From Nitrospinaceae bacterium (GTDB taxonomy: Bacteria; Nitrospinota_A; UBA7883; JAJDBK01), in NCBI GenBank assembly GCA_029261405.1, contig JAJDBK010000048.1, positions 773 to 64,772 on the forward strand: a stretch of 64,000 nucleotides of DNA. Direction: 5' to 3'. Made by a program: the position numbers and the translations under genes. The stretch's first letter is position 1. The number at the start of each line of letters is the position of its first letter. The notes beneath the pieces were generated by a model. It did not search any database. It saw nothing but the letters and a program-made list of their open reading frames with translations, and was not told where the DNA came from. Positions 19,297 to 27,641 of this stretch are shown in pieces.

Positions 19297-19305
19297 ATTT
19301 GAATC

Positions 19306-19779
19306 TCAATAAATTGGCAGGTTTGAATCGTGACAACCGTCGGTGTTGCATGAACCGTTTGTCGGTCTCGTAACCATAGTGGTCCCGTACACGGCTGTAT
19401 AACCACCACCCGGATTTCCGCCATACTTCGTTCTCAAACAGAAATTCCCGTCACCGTTGACCTTGAGGTTGTAGGTCGTACCATCAGTTTCGATGACAAC
19501 GACAGCGCCACCAACTGGCGCCGATCCTGAGTAACTCATGGTCTTGTTGGTGGCGTGGCAACCTGAGGCCGCGCAGTCCCGCCCGGCGTACCGATCATGG
19601 TTGTCCTCCTTGCCACAGGAATGGCTCGATGTGGTGACATCGGTGGAAGAATCGCCGCCATTATCGTCCTCCCCATCGCCGGACGATCCTCCGCCACATC
19701 CAGACATCAACGGGATGGCAAGAGCCAAGCTCAGCGCAAGAGCCAGCAACGACAAGCGTTTATTCAAAACCTTCTCCAA
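19306..19779 (-). CDS. Lipoprotein with two CxxxxCH motifs (paralog B)
   Basis: Lipobox LMSGC, an acidic Gly/Ser/Asp linker, then DCAASGCH and SCNTDGCH. No ATG is available; the start is TTG at 19779 or TTG at 19767 (after GGAGAAGG). The mature domain is highly similar to the upstream gene by eye. Confidence 0.7.
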   Translation of the reverse strand: MEKVLNKRLSLLALALSLALAIPLMSGCGGGSSGDGEDDNGGDSSTDVTTSSHSCGKEDNHDRYAGRDCAASGCHATNKTMSYSGSAPVGGAVVVIETDGTTYNLKVNGDGNFCLRTKYGGNPGGGYTAVYGTTMVTRPTNGSCNTDGCHDSNLPIY

Positions 19780-20256
19780 TTAATAGAGCGGCAGATTGGC
19801 GTGACAACCATCTGTATTGCATGATCCGTTGGTTGGCTTGACAATCATGGTCGCTCCGTACATGGCTGTATACCCACCACCCGGATTTCCTCCATATTTG
19901 GACCGCATGCAGAAGTTGCCGTCACCATTAACCTTGAGGTTGTAGGTGGCGCCGCCGTTCTCCAATATCACGACTGTCCCCCCGTTCGGCGCCGAACCTG
20001 CGTAACTCATGGTCTTGCTGGTCGCGTGACATCCGGATCGGGAACAATCTTGTCCATAATATCTGCTGTGATTGCCCTCTGTCTCGCATGAGCGGCTTGT
20101 TGTAGTACCGCCTCCTGACGATCCGCCATCGTCGTCACCGTCAGACTCGCTCTCCCCGTCGCCTGAAGATCCACCGCACCCTGTCAACAGAGGTGGCGCA
20201 ACCGCAAGGAAAAAAACAAGCGCCAGTATGGATAATAACGACAAGCGTTCTTTCAT
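19780..20256 (-). CDS. Lipoprotein with two CxxxxCH motifs (paralog A)
   Basis: I prefer the ATG at 20256 (MKERLSLLSILALVFFLAVAPPLLTGC), which has AGGAG 9 nt upstream. Motifs DCSRSGCH and SCNTDGCH. The stop directly abuts the start of paralog B. Confidence 0.75.
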   Translation of the reverse strand: MKERLSLLSILALVFFLAVAPPLLTGCGGSSGDGESESDGDDDGGSSGGGTTTSRSCETEGNHSRYYGQDCSRSGCHATSKTMSYAGSAPNGGTVVILENGGATYNLKVNGDGNFCMRSKYGGNPGGGYTAMYGATMIVKPTNGSCNTDGCHANLPLY

Positions 20257-20422
20257 AGTCTCTTTCTCCTGTAATCTCCAAAACCCCACAGAAACTATAC
20301 AATATACGCATTGTCGCTCACAAGGTTCTTTATGCGGGTATTAATTAAATGTAAAAGGGTAGGGGAGTTCATTAAACAGATAAGACCGGGATAACCGATC
20401 CTGAAAAATAGCTGATATCAGG

Positions 20423-20959
20423 TTATTTTTTTTCGTCGCCTGCGAAGGAGTATCCGAAGTTTATCTCGTCACTCTTGAATCCGTTCAGCCTTTGATTAAC
20501 GATGGTGACGTAGACCTTGAGGATAGCCACCTGGTTTACCACTCTTTGCGGTTCCGGGACGGTATCGTCAAACTTGATAACCCGGTCTACAAAAGCGGTA
20601 ATTATGATGACCTGCATTTCAGACTCTTCGTTTCCGTCAAACCTGAAATCGATCTTTTGCAGTTTCTCGCTGGTTATCTGGGCTAAACCGTAGACAATGA
20701 TCCCATCAACCTTAAAGTAAGTCTCCTTGACGGAAACCCTTTCATCCATCCATTTGCGGACATCGTCACTGCTTTTAAAGATTGGCTCCCTGAATTTGGA
20801 GCAAATTTCGTAGAAGGTGTCAGGATCGTTTTCAAAATAGGAATGTACAAACCTGGTGAAGACCTCTCTGGATTCATCGCCGTTCATGGCGGACACCACT
20901 TTCGGCGATGAGAAAGCCACAATCAGAATGGCAAACACAAAATACTTAAAAGACTTCAT
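20423..20959 (-). CDS. Secreted hypothetical protein (178 aa)
   Basis: Signal peptide MKSFKYFVFAILIVAFSSPKVVSA. No motif that I recognise. Confidence 0.55.
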   Translation of the reverse strand: MKSFKYFVFAILIVAFSSPKVVSAMNGDESREVFTRFVHSYFENDPDTFYEICSKFREPIFKSSDDVRKWMDERVSVKETYFKVDGIIVYGLAQITSEKLQKIDFRFDGNEESEMQVIIITAFVDRVIKFDDTVPEPQRVVNQVAILKVYVTIVNQRLNGFKSDEINFGYSFAGDEKK

Positions 20960-21090
20960 ACGCCTCTCATAAAGAACTGGAATTAAAAGTCAGAGTGTTT
21001 CTGAAACCCGACTACGCATTGTATGTTGTCTGTAACGGTTTGGCAATATTTTAGGGATAGGGTTCTGTAAAGAATGATTGAAGTAACCGT

Positions 21091-21123
21091 AAAGCCCCTG
21101 TCTCGGGGAAAAACAGGGGCTTT
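21091..21123 (-). terminator. Hairpin downstream of flgM (probable terminator with a weak U-tail)
   Basis: AAAGCCCCTGT-(11 nt)-ACAGGGGCTTT, 8 nt after the flgM stop. Confidence 0.5.
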
Positions 21124-21130
21124 ATAGGTG

Positions 21131-21469
21131 TCAGGACTTTTTGACAGATTCGTTGACTACGTTGTCAAGAATCGCACTGGCAACGTTTGTAGAATTAGGA
21201 TTGTAACTTCCCTGCAACACCTTCGCCTTGATCTGGGCAACCTTGCTGGCCCTTGAAAGGTTCGGTTTTGATTCCATTGCAATACGGTAAGCCTTGATGG
21301 CCGCTTTGCTTCGGTCCGAAACCTCCATGGTCACTTGTTCGGAGGCGTTGCTGGTTACAGATCCCTTCTTGTCACTGACAGATTTTGACGCATCCCGGTC
21401 TGTCCGATCAACCTTTTCGGTCTGCTTTACTTCCTGAGGCTTTCCGCCCGTAACTTTTTGTATTACCAT
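21131..21469 (-). CDS. flgM: Anti-sigma-28 factor FlgM
   Basis: 112 aa. Disordered Ser/Lys-rich N-terminus. The C-terminus SRASKVAQIKAKVLQGSYNPNSTNVASAILDNV matches the FlgM sigma-28-binding helices (kV..iK..I..G.Y.vd...vA..il). Confidence 0.8.
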   Translation of the reverse strand: MVIQKVTGGKPQEVKQTEKVDRTDRDASKSVSDKKGSVTSNASEQVTMEVSDRSKAAIKAYRIAMESKPNLSRASKVAQIKAKVLQGSYNPNSTNVASAILDNVVNESVKKS

Positions 21470-21481
21470 TTTTCTTTCTCC

Positions 21482-21512
21482 AGGACTTTCGTCCTATCGG
21501 GACATTCGTCCC
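21482..21512 (-). promoter_or_regulatory. Two tandem near-identical 5-bp-stem hairpins in the flgM 5' leader
   Basis: On the transcript: GGGAC-GAAU-GUCCC, 3 nt, then AGGAC-GAAA-GUCCU. These are followed immediately by the SD GGAG and, 8 nt later, the AUG. Confidence 0.6.
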
Positions 21513-21565
21513 GCCGGGGGTTTTACCATTCCGGCCATCCGGGTTTTCATCCCCTGGTACTTATC

Positions 21566-21592
21566 TTATCGGTACCCCTGCCATAAAGTTTA
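21566..21592 (-). promoter_or_regulatory. Sigma-28 (FliA) promoter of flgM
   Basis: Reverse complement reads TAAA-N15-ACCGATAA (consensus TAAA-N15-GCCGATAA, one mismatch), about 97 nt upstream of the flgM ATG. Confidence 0.7.
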
Positions 21593-21696
21593 ATCAAATA
21601 GAATGGATACGGCAATGTCAAAACCGACGTTTCATTAATTCCCTGAACATGTTAGAATTAAACCAGATGGAAAACGGAATAAATATAATTATCGGC

Positions 21697-21723
21697 TAAA
21701 GATTATCGAATTTTTGCCGATAA
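21697..21723 (+). promoter_or_regulatory. Sigma-28 (FliA) promoter with a perfect consensus
   Basis: TAAA-gattatcgaattttt-GCCGATAA with an exact 15-nt spacer, 37 nt upstream of the ATG at 21760. Confidence 0.8.
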
Positions 21724-21759
21724 ACGTGTTGTAGAGTTCCGCAGATTAGGAGACAAGAG

Positions 21760-21984
21760 ATGGGCATGACAGCTGGAGGCGCCGGTGGTTACGGCTCTTT
21801 GGGGTTGAGAGCGAACATGAACAAGCTTTCCCAAGCCTCGGCCGGCAATTCGAAAGTCATGAAGGCCCAAAGCAACGACTCGCTCCGCGCTTTAGCTCAG
21901 TCGCAAACCCAGAAATTTATCTCTAACGGTAAAAAGGTCGCCCAGGGAGCCAGCGGCGGTTCAAGAGTTTCGATTAAAGCGTAA
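21760..21984 (+). CDS. Small Gly/Ala/Ser/Gln-rich protein (74 aa), predicted member of the sigma-28 regulon
   Basis: AGGAG lies 7 nt before the ATG, and the perfect FliA promoter is upstream. No confident family assignment. Confidence 0.55.
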   Translation: MGMTAGGAGGYGSLGLRANMNKLSQASAGNSKVMKAQSNDSLRALAQSQTQKFISNGKKVAQGASGGSRVSIKA

Positions 21985-22124
21985 CGGCGCCTTTGTATCG
22001 GTTGCTTTAATGTGCGGGGGGGGCGGTATAAAACCACCCTTTTGCTGACCAGCCTCTTTTCCTGAAGGCGGTTCCTCCCTGTTCCCCCCTTTGCTGGCGC
22101 CCGACAGACTCCCAGGGTTTCACC

Positions 22125-22159
22125 AAAAAAAGCGACCGGCGGATGGTTCCACCGGTCGC
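22125..22159 (-). terminator. Rho-independent terminator of dnaK
   Basis: On the minus strand: GCGACCGG-(12 nt)-CCGGTCGC followed by T7, about 30 nt after the dnaK stop. Confidence 0.8.
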
Positions 22160-22190
22160 TTGGAGATTTTTGGTTACAAACTATCCGGAA

Positions 22191-24131
22191 CTACTTCTCT
22201 TTTTCGGTTTCAACAAACTCCGCGTCCACGACATCGTCATTCGGTGTTTCCGGTTCTGCCGAAGATTGTTCCGAAGCGCCGCCCTCTCCTCCAGCGCCCT
22301 GCCCAGACCCAGCGCCCGGAGCGCCCTTGGCTGTGGTTTGCTGGTAGATTACCTCGGCAAGTTTGTGGCTGGCCTGTGTAAGCTTTTCAGTGGCCGGTTT
22401 TATCTGGTCGATATCGTTCGCTTCGACAGCTTTCTTAAGCTCCTCCACCGCTTCAGTCAGGTTTTTCTTATCTTCTTCTGGTAGTTTGTCTCCATGCTCC
22501 GACAAGGTTTTTTCGGTTTGGTAGACAAGGGAGTCGGCCTGGTTACGCGCTTCGGCCAGCTCTACGACCTTTTTATCCTCTTCTTCACTCGTCCTGGCTT
22601 CATCCACCATCTTTTTGATATCATCATCGGAAAGGGCGCCAGAGCTTGAGATGGTGATTTTCTGCTCTTTACCGGTACCTTTGTCGGTGGCGGAAACGTG
22701 TACTATTCCGTTGGCGTCGATATCGAAGGTGACGTCGATTTGCGGCATCCCTCTGGGGGCCATTGGAATCCCTTCCAGATGAAATCTTCCGAGGGTTCTG
22801 TTGTCCCTTGCCATGGGGCGTTCGCCCTGCATGACGTGAATTTCCACAGACGTCTGGTTATCGGCTGCAGTAGAGAAAATCTCACTTTTCTTTGTAGGAA
22901 TTGTGGTGTTTCGTTCGATCAGCTTTGTCATGACTCCGCCCAGCGTTTCGATTCCGAGCGAAAGAGGCGTGACATCGAGAAGAAGGATATCCTTTACGTC
23001 ACCAGCCAGGACACCCGCCTGAACTGCGGCGCCGAGCGCGACCACTTCGTCTGGGTTGACTCCTTTGTGAGCCTCCTTGCCGAAATGATCGCTGACTCTC
23101 TTCTCCACGCACGGTATTCTTGTTGAACCGCCAACCAGAATCGCTTCGTGTACGTCTGATGGCTCCACTCCGGCGTCGCTGATGGCGTTTTTCACCGGGG
23201 CCATGGTTTTGTTAACCAAATCCTCGATCATCGCCTCAAATTTCGCTCTGGTCAGGGAGACCTGCATATGTTTTGGGCCGTTAGCGTCGGCGGTCAGGAA
23301 AGGCAGATTTATCTCGGTCTCGACTGCGCTTGACAGCTCTTTTTTCGCCTTTTCAGCCGCTTCCTTAAGACGCTGTAGCGCCATTATATCTTTGCTGAGG
23401 TCTATGGCTGTATCTTTTTTAAACTCGCTGATGAGCCATTCGATAACCCTCTGGTCGAAGTTGTCACCGCCAAGATGTGTATCGCCGTTGGTAGATTTTA
23501 CTTCAACGACATTATCGCCAACTTCAAGAATCGATATGTCGAATGTGCCACCGCCAAGGTCGTATACCGCTACGGTTTCATCTTTCTGTTTGTCCATGCC
23601 GTAAGCCAGGGCCGCGGCTGTCGGCTCATTTATGATTCGTTTTACGTCAAGGCCGGCTATCTTGCCTGCGTCCTTGGTGGCCTGCCTCTGGGAATCGTTA
23701 TAGTAGGCGGGAACGGTGATGACAGCTTCCGTTACCTTCTCGCCCAGATAGGCTTCTGCGGCCCCTTTAAGTTTTTGTAAAATAAGGGCTGAAATCTCCT
23801 CCGGGGTGTGATCTTTTCCACGGACATTTACAACGGCCTGGCCCTGGGAGCCTTTTCCAACCTTGTAAGGCACCATGGTCATCTCTTCCGGGACTTCATT
23901 AAACTGCCTGCCCATGAAACGTTTTATAGAGAAGACAGTGTTTTCGGCGTTGGTTATGGCCTGATTCTTCGCTGTCTGACCAACAAGGGTTTTCCCGTCT
24001 TTGGTGAACGCCACCACCGAAGGAGTTGTTCTTGACCCTTCCTGGTTAACGATAACTTTTGGCTCACCGCCCTCCATTACCGCAACCACAGAATTTGTGG
24101 TTCCAAGGTCGATTCCGATAATTTTTCCCAT
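22191..24131 (-). CDS. dnaK: Molecular chaperone DnaK (Hsp70)
   Basis: [22 protein letters not shown]..., [12 protein letters not shown], and an acidic tail ending ...[11 protein letters not shown]. Confidence 0.97.
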   Translation of the reverse strand: MGKIIGIDLGTTNSVVAVMEGGEPKVIVNQEGSRTTPSVVAFTKDGKTLVGQTAKNQAITNAENTVFSIKRFMGRQFNEVPEEMTMVPYKVGKGSQGQAVVNVRGKDHTPEEISALILQKLKGAAEAYLGEKVTEAVITVPAYYNDSQRQATKDAGKIAGLDVKRIINEPTAAALAYGMDKQKDETVAVYDLGGGTFDISILEVGDNVVEVKSTNGDTHLGGDNFDQRVIEWLISEFKKDTAIDLSKDIMALQRLKEAAEKAKKELSSAVETEINLPFLTADANGPKHMQVSLTRAKFEAMIEDLVNKTMAPVKNAISDAGVEPSDVHEAILVGGSTRIPCVEKRVSDHFGKEAHKGVNPDEVVALGAAVQAGVLAGDVKDILLLDVTPLSLGIETLGGVMTKLIERNTTIPTKKSEIFSTAADNQTSVEIHVMQGERPMARDNRTLGRFHLEGIPMAPRGMPQIDVTFDIDANGIVHVSATDKGTGKEQKITISSSGALSDDDIKKMVDEARTSEEEDKKVVELAEARNQADSLVYQTEKTLSEHGDKLPEEDKKNLTEAVEELKKAVEANDIDQIKPATEKLTQASHKLAEVIYQQTTAKGAPGAGSGQGAGGEGGASEQSSAEPETPNDDVVDAEFVETEKEK

Positions 24132-24365
24132 TACAATCTCCTGAGACGTATGTTTAAAGAAGTAACTTTTCGTTTTTATAACAATGTAAGCCGGTTAATT
24201 TTACGGTAATCCGGTCTATGATCCATTTCGCTCGCCAAACATGATATAAAACCGTGAGTGAGCGCGGTCAAGCGCACATGTAAGAAGAATTAAAAAAAAC
24301 TTGTATATATAAAGAAGCATACAGACCTGTTCCGACAGATAATCGGGGCGAAGCAAAACTACCCT

Positions 24366-24908
24366 TTGCAGGAGACGACATTGACTAAGCCAGTAGAAAG
24401 CTTTTTGCGGAAATTAAACTTCATCTGGATTGCCATCTTAAGCTCCATCGGAATGATGGCCGCTGTGACTTTTTTTCTCCTTGCAAGCCAGCAGGTGCAG
24501 ATGGAAACCGGTATAAGTAGCCAGCAGGTCATTGTGTTATTTGCGGTTCTGGCGATCGGGCAGATATGGATGATTACCGTTCTCGACCAGAAAATGAAGA
24601 GCCAGGATGTGGTAAAACGCTACCTTGCAGGAAAAGGAGCCACCGCCATCGCCCCCAAAATGCCTGATGTTAGCAACCTTGATGACGACAAAACGGCTAT
24701 TGTGTTATTTCCTCTCTATTTCCAGCTATGCCTTGTCAGATGGGCCTTGATAGAGGTGATAGCGGTTTTCGGGTTTATCCTTGGTCTCATCACCCAGGAT
24801 TTATTGGCGTCATCAATATTTTTCGCAGTGGCCGCTTTTATGATGGTTCAGAAAAACGCAACGATGGACGAGGTGAACGGGATGATAAGAAAAGCCAGAA
24901 ACCGTTAG
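24366..24908 (+). CDS. Membrane protein (4 TM), function unknown
   Basis: TTG start. Four hydrophobic helices. No recognised motif. Confidence 0.45.
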   Translation: MQETTLTKPVESFLRKLNFIWIAILSSIGMMAAVTFFLLASQQVQMETGISSQQVIVLFAVLAIGQIWMITVLDQKMKSQDVVKRYLAGKGATAIAPKMPDVSNLDDDKTAIVLFPLYFQLCLVRWALIEVIAVFGFILGLITQDLLASSIFFAVAAFMMVQKNATMDEVNGMIRKARNR

Positions 24909-24918
24909 TTGCGGAAAT

Positions 24919-25368
24919 TCACCTTCTCCTTTTTACATTGGCGAGCAGATCAAGAGCTTTATTTTTGAGAACCAGGTTATTCTTTAACGTCTGAAATGCG
25001 TTTCGCCGTTGACGGGACTCTGTCGATACGGTTGAGACGACCCGTTTTTCGTCACCAAGGGTTTTACTCAGGATGGAAACCACTTCCATGAGGATTGGAC
25101 CACCAGCGTTCCGCAGTTTTTTGATGACCCTTTTTTTCTCCTCAAAATCCGCTTTCAGTTTCGCTCTGGTCTTTCTCAGTCTGCTTATATTCATCCGCTT
25201 GGATATTATTTTTTCGTCTCTTCTGATTTCCGATCTTACTAGAGCTTTAACTTCGCCGATATCGATTTTGGCTATGCCATGCTGAGGCCTTCTTGCCTCC
25301 GCCTCCATCGTAGCAATAACGGATAAAACCAAAAAGGCCGAAACAAGTAGTCTTAGTCGCGTGTTCAT
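24919..25368 (-). CDS. Secreted, basic, coiled-coil-like protein (149 aa)
   Basis: I prefer the ATG at 25368 (MNTRLRLLVSAFLVLSVIATMEAEA signal peptide). The longer track ORF (to 25488) would overlap greA. Confidence 0.45.
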   Translation of the reverse strand: MNTRLRLLVSAFLVLSVIATMEAEARRPQHGIAKIDIGEVKALVRSEIRRDEKIISKRMNISRLRKTRAKLKADFEEKKRVIKKLRNAGGPILMEVVSILSKTLGDEKRVVSTVSTESRQRRNAFQTLKNNLVLKNKALDLLANVKRRR

Positions 25369-25444
25369 AATATATCGGGAGCCTCGTCTTTGAAACTTAT
25401 GTATAATTTCATTTATCGATTTTTTAGGAGCCTTGATTATAACA

Positions 25445-25918
25445 ATGCAATTTGAACTTGTAAAAAAACTTGAAACAGAACTTTTCAAACTCGACCATGA
25501 ACTTAAGATTGATATTCCTAGAGAATTGAAGACTGCGGCGGATCATGGCGATCTATCCGAAAACGCAGAGTACGACGCCGCCAAGGAACGTAAACGATAC
25601 CTGGAGTCGAGAATCGCCCATATTCAAAAACGGATAGGGGAGATAAAGTCTGTAAACCTTGACGCCATTCCGGCGGGTAAGGTCGGGTTGGGTTCCACTG
25701 TTACGTTAGAGGATCTCGATACGGGAGCCGAAGAGACCTATCACTTTGTATTTCCTGAGGATGTCGATCCAGAAGTGGGCAAGATCTCGCTGGCGTCACC
25801 TGTAGGAAAGTCGATGGTGGCAAGAGAAGAAGGGGACGAAGTGACGGTCGTAACACCGAAAGGGAGAAGGTCGCTGGAAATTATCAAAATAGTAACAATC
25901 CACGATAAAAAGTCGTAG
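25445..25918 (+). CDS. greA: Transcription elongation factor GreA
   Basis: ...DHGDLSENAEYDAAKERKRYLESRIAHIQKRI... coiled-coil finger and a C-terminal globular domain (SLASPVGKSMVAREEGDEVTVVTPKG). The ATG at 25445 aligns with the E. coli MQ start; the track uses TTG at 25433. Confidence 0.9.
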   Translation: MQFELVKKLETELFKLDHELKIDIPRELKTAADHGDLSENAEYDAAKERKRYLESRIAHIQKRIGEIKSVNLDAIPAGKVGLGSTVTLEDLDTGAEETYHFVFPEDVDPEVGKISLASPVGKSMVAREEGDEVTVVTPKGRRSLEIIKIVTIHDKKS

Positions 25919-26137
25919 GTGCCAGCGTACAGCTATTGGTCTTGCAGACAGCAGTTGCGACCTTACCGCACTATACTCCAATGCTATCGAAGCCATGGGG
26001 ATGTTTGCGACGGGCAACACCACTTCTTAATCAATCCGTAACAGACCAGACGGAAGGGCGCGAAGCGACCGCTACCGGACGCAGACAATGGGATATTCAA
26101 ACATCGCGACAGCGCACTTGGCTGTGCGCCACGCACC

Positions 26138-26212
26138 TGGCTGGGGCGGGAGGATTCGAACCTCCGAATGCAGGAACCAAAAACCTGTGACTTACCACTT
26201 GTCGACGCCCCA
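26138..26212 (-). tRNA. tRNA-Gln (anticodon UUG), CCA encoded
   Basis: Reverse complement reads TGGGGCGTCGACAAGTGGTAAGTCACAGGTTTTTGGTTCCTGCATTCGGAGGTTCGAATCCTCCCGCCCCAGCCA. It closely parallels E. coli tRNA-Gln(UUG): UGGGG 5' end, UUUUG anticodon loop, GGTTCGAATCC T-arm. Confidence 0.9.
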
Positions 26213-26233
26213 GTGGACAGGTGAAGGGATCGT

Positions 26234-26262
26234 ATTATAGGAGTCGGTAACCGTAAAGTCTA
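26234..26262 (-). promoter_or_regulatory. Candidate sigma-70 promoter for tRNA-Gln
   Basis: On the minus strand: TAGACT-N17-TATAAT. The -10 element ends about 21 nt before the mature tRNA 5' end. Confidence 0.5.
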
Positions 26263-26264
26263 TA

Positions 26265-27497
26265 TCAAATCGGGTTTTGGTCATTGTTTGGTTGAGGGTT
26301 CGGGTTTCCCATCAGCCGATCAGATATGCCGTTGTAAACGTCTGGCTGAATATTTTCTATATATATGGACCTTGAGGGTAACGCCAGCGCCAGATTCATC
26401 TCTTCCAGTTTTTTCATGATTTTGAGGTTCACCCGTTCGCGTACACCGAGGTAATAGGCCCAGTTAGCGGAGTCGGCAAAATAGTATATGAAGATATCGA
26501 GGGCCGACTCACCAAAATCGGTGAAATAGACCAGAGATGTCATTCTTTTATCGACCCCTTCGTCGGTTCGCAGTATCTCCCTGATAGCCTCAAGTACATT
26601 TTCAAGTTGTGTTGAGTTGGCGGCGTAGGAGAGACCAATAGTCATTTTTATTCTTCTGACGTTAAGTCCCTTGTCTTTGCGGCGGTCCATGTTTTCGACT
26701 TTCACGTTGGCCATGACGCTGTTCGGGATGTTTTCGATGGTTTTGCCAAAGGTTCTGATCCGTGTAGACCTGAACCCGACCTCCTCGACTACCCCTTCAA
26801 AGTTGTCGCTTTTGATCCAGTCGCCCACTTTGAACGGTTTATCCATCAGAATCATTAGTGATCCGAAAAGGTTCGACAGGGTATCCTTCGACGCCAGAGC
26901 CAGGGCGGCGCCACCGAGACCGAGGGAGGCGACAAGTCCACTGACGGAATAGCCGAGATTCTGGGCGATTACGATGCCGGAGATTATGACGATGAGAAAA
27001 CGCATGACAAGGTTGATGAGCGGGACAATGCCAAGGTCGAGCCAATGCTCCGGGTCGGCGGCTTTTCTCGACAAGGTTTCCGATGCCACGCCAACCAGCC
27101 TCAACAGACCCCAGGCCAGAATAATCAGGACAAGGGTATGGCCGGTTACCTGTACGAACTTCTCCACATTGACAGGTTCGGTAGGCTGAGGGAGCGCCCG
27201 TATGGCAAACCAGATACCGTAAGTTACAATCAGGACTTCAAGGGGTGGTGTTATCGCTTTTATTGTCGCTTCGTCCCACTGCGCCTCGGTTTTTTTCGCT
27301 TTTTTCTCAATGGCGCCCAAAATTACTTTGACGATGATTTTTCGTAACGTTAAGGCCATCAGGATGAAAACACAGCTTGCGATGATCTGGTATGTGTTTA
27401 TACCAAATACCTGCGTATTGAGGAAATCGCTTATACTGGCGATTTTGTTGGCAAATAATTCGATTTTTTCCATTACATATTCCAGTGGCGTGGCCAT
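26265..27497 (-). CDS. Mechanosensitive ion channel (MscS family)
   Basis: The pore helix and beta-domain signature SGLVASLGLGGAALALASKDTLSNLFGSLMILMDKPFKVGDWIK is typical of MscS. Confidence 0.85.
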   Translation of the reverse strand: MATPLEYVMEKIELFANKIASISDFLNTQVFGINTYQIIASCVFILMALTLRKIIVKVILGAIEKKAKKTEAQWDEATIKAITPPLEVLIVTYGIWFAIRALPQPTEPVNVEKFVQVTGHTLVLIILAWGLLRLVGVASETLSRKAADPEHWLDLGIVPLINLVMRFLIVIISGIVIAQNLGYSVSGLVASLGLGGAALALASKDTLSNLFGSLMILMDKPFKVGDWIKSDNFEGVVEEVGFRSTRIRTFGKTIENIPNSVMANVKVENMDRRKDKGLNVRRIKMTIGLSYAANSTQLENVLEAIREILRTDEGVDKRMTSLVYFTDFGESALDIFIYYFADSANWAYYLGVRERVNLKIMKKLEEMNLALALPSRSIYIENIQPDVYNGISDRLMGNPNPQPNNDQNPI

Positions 27498-27641
27498 AGC
27501 GAATAATACCCTCTGGGGCGGATGCGCTATCGCGTAGCCTGGTTATCCTTATTCATGCGTGTTGATAGCGGTGGCAGGGTCACACCCATTATTGGGCTTA
27601 GTCATTCCCTGAAGAACTACCGTGGATATGTATAATACCGC

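Noticed and set aside
20391-20419. Hairpin ATAACC...GGTTAT followed by T8, resembling a terminator
   Set aside because: The T-run is on the plus strand, where no gene ends. It is in fact the KK-stop codons of the minus-strand gene 20423..20959. On the minus strand the hairpin lacks a U-tail, so its function is ambiguous.
24132-24365. Heat-shock control elements upstream of dnaK (CIRCE TTAGCACTC-N9-GAGTGCTAA, or sigma-32 CTTGAAA/CCCCAT)
   Set aside because: There is no CIRCE-like inverted repeat. Only a weak TTGACC-N17-TATATC sigma-70-like match on the minus strand, which is too weak to report as a feature.
25369-25488. N-terminal extension of the 24919 minus-strand ORF
   Set aside because: It overlaps the greA start region. 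The internal Met at 25368 begins a clean signal peptide.
26040-26080. SRP (4.5S) RNA-like GGAAG motif (CAGACGGAAGGGCGCGAAGCG)
   Set aside because: The flanking sequence cannot form the conserved domain IV helix with symmetric and asymmetric loops. This is only a superficial match.
25919-26137. A 219-bp gene-free stretch 3' of tRNA-Gln as a possible integration scar (hairpin GCGCAC-agccaa-GTGCGC at about 26113..26130)
   Set aside because: There is no integrase, no direct repeat of the tRNA 3' end seen elsewhere in the window, and no foreign-looking genes. The hairpin is more simply a tRNA 3' processing or termination structure.
25936-26190. 84-aa plus-strand ORF
   Set aside because: It overlaps the tRNA-Gln gene on the opposite strand and has no RBS. 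The tRNA call explains the sequence conservation.
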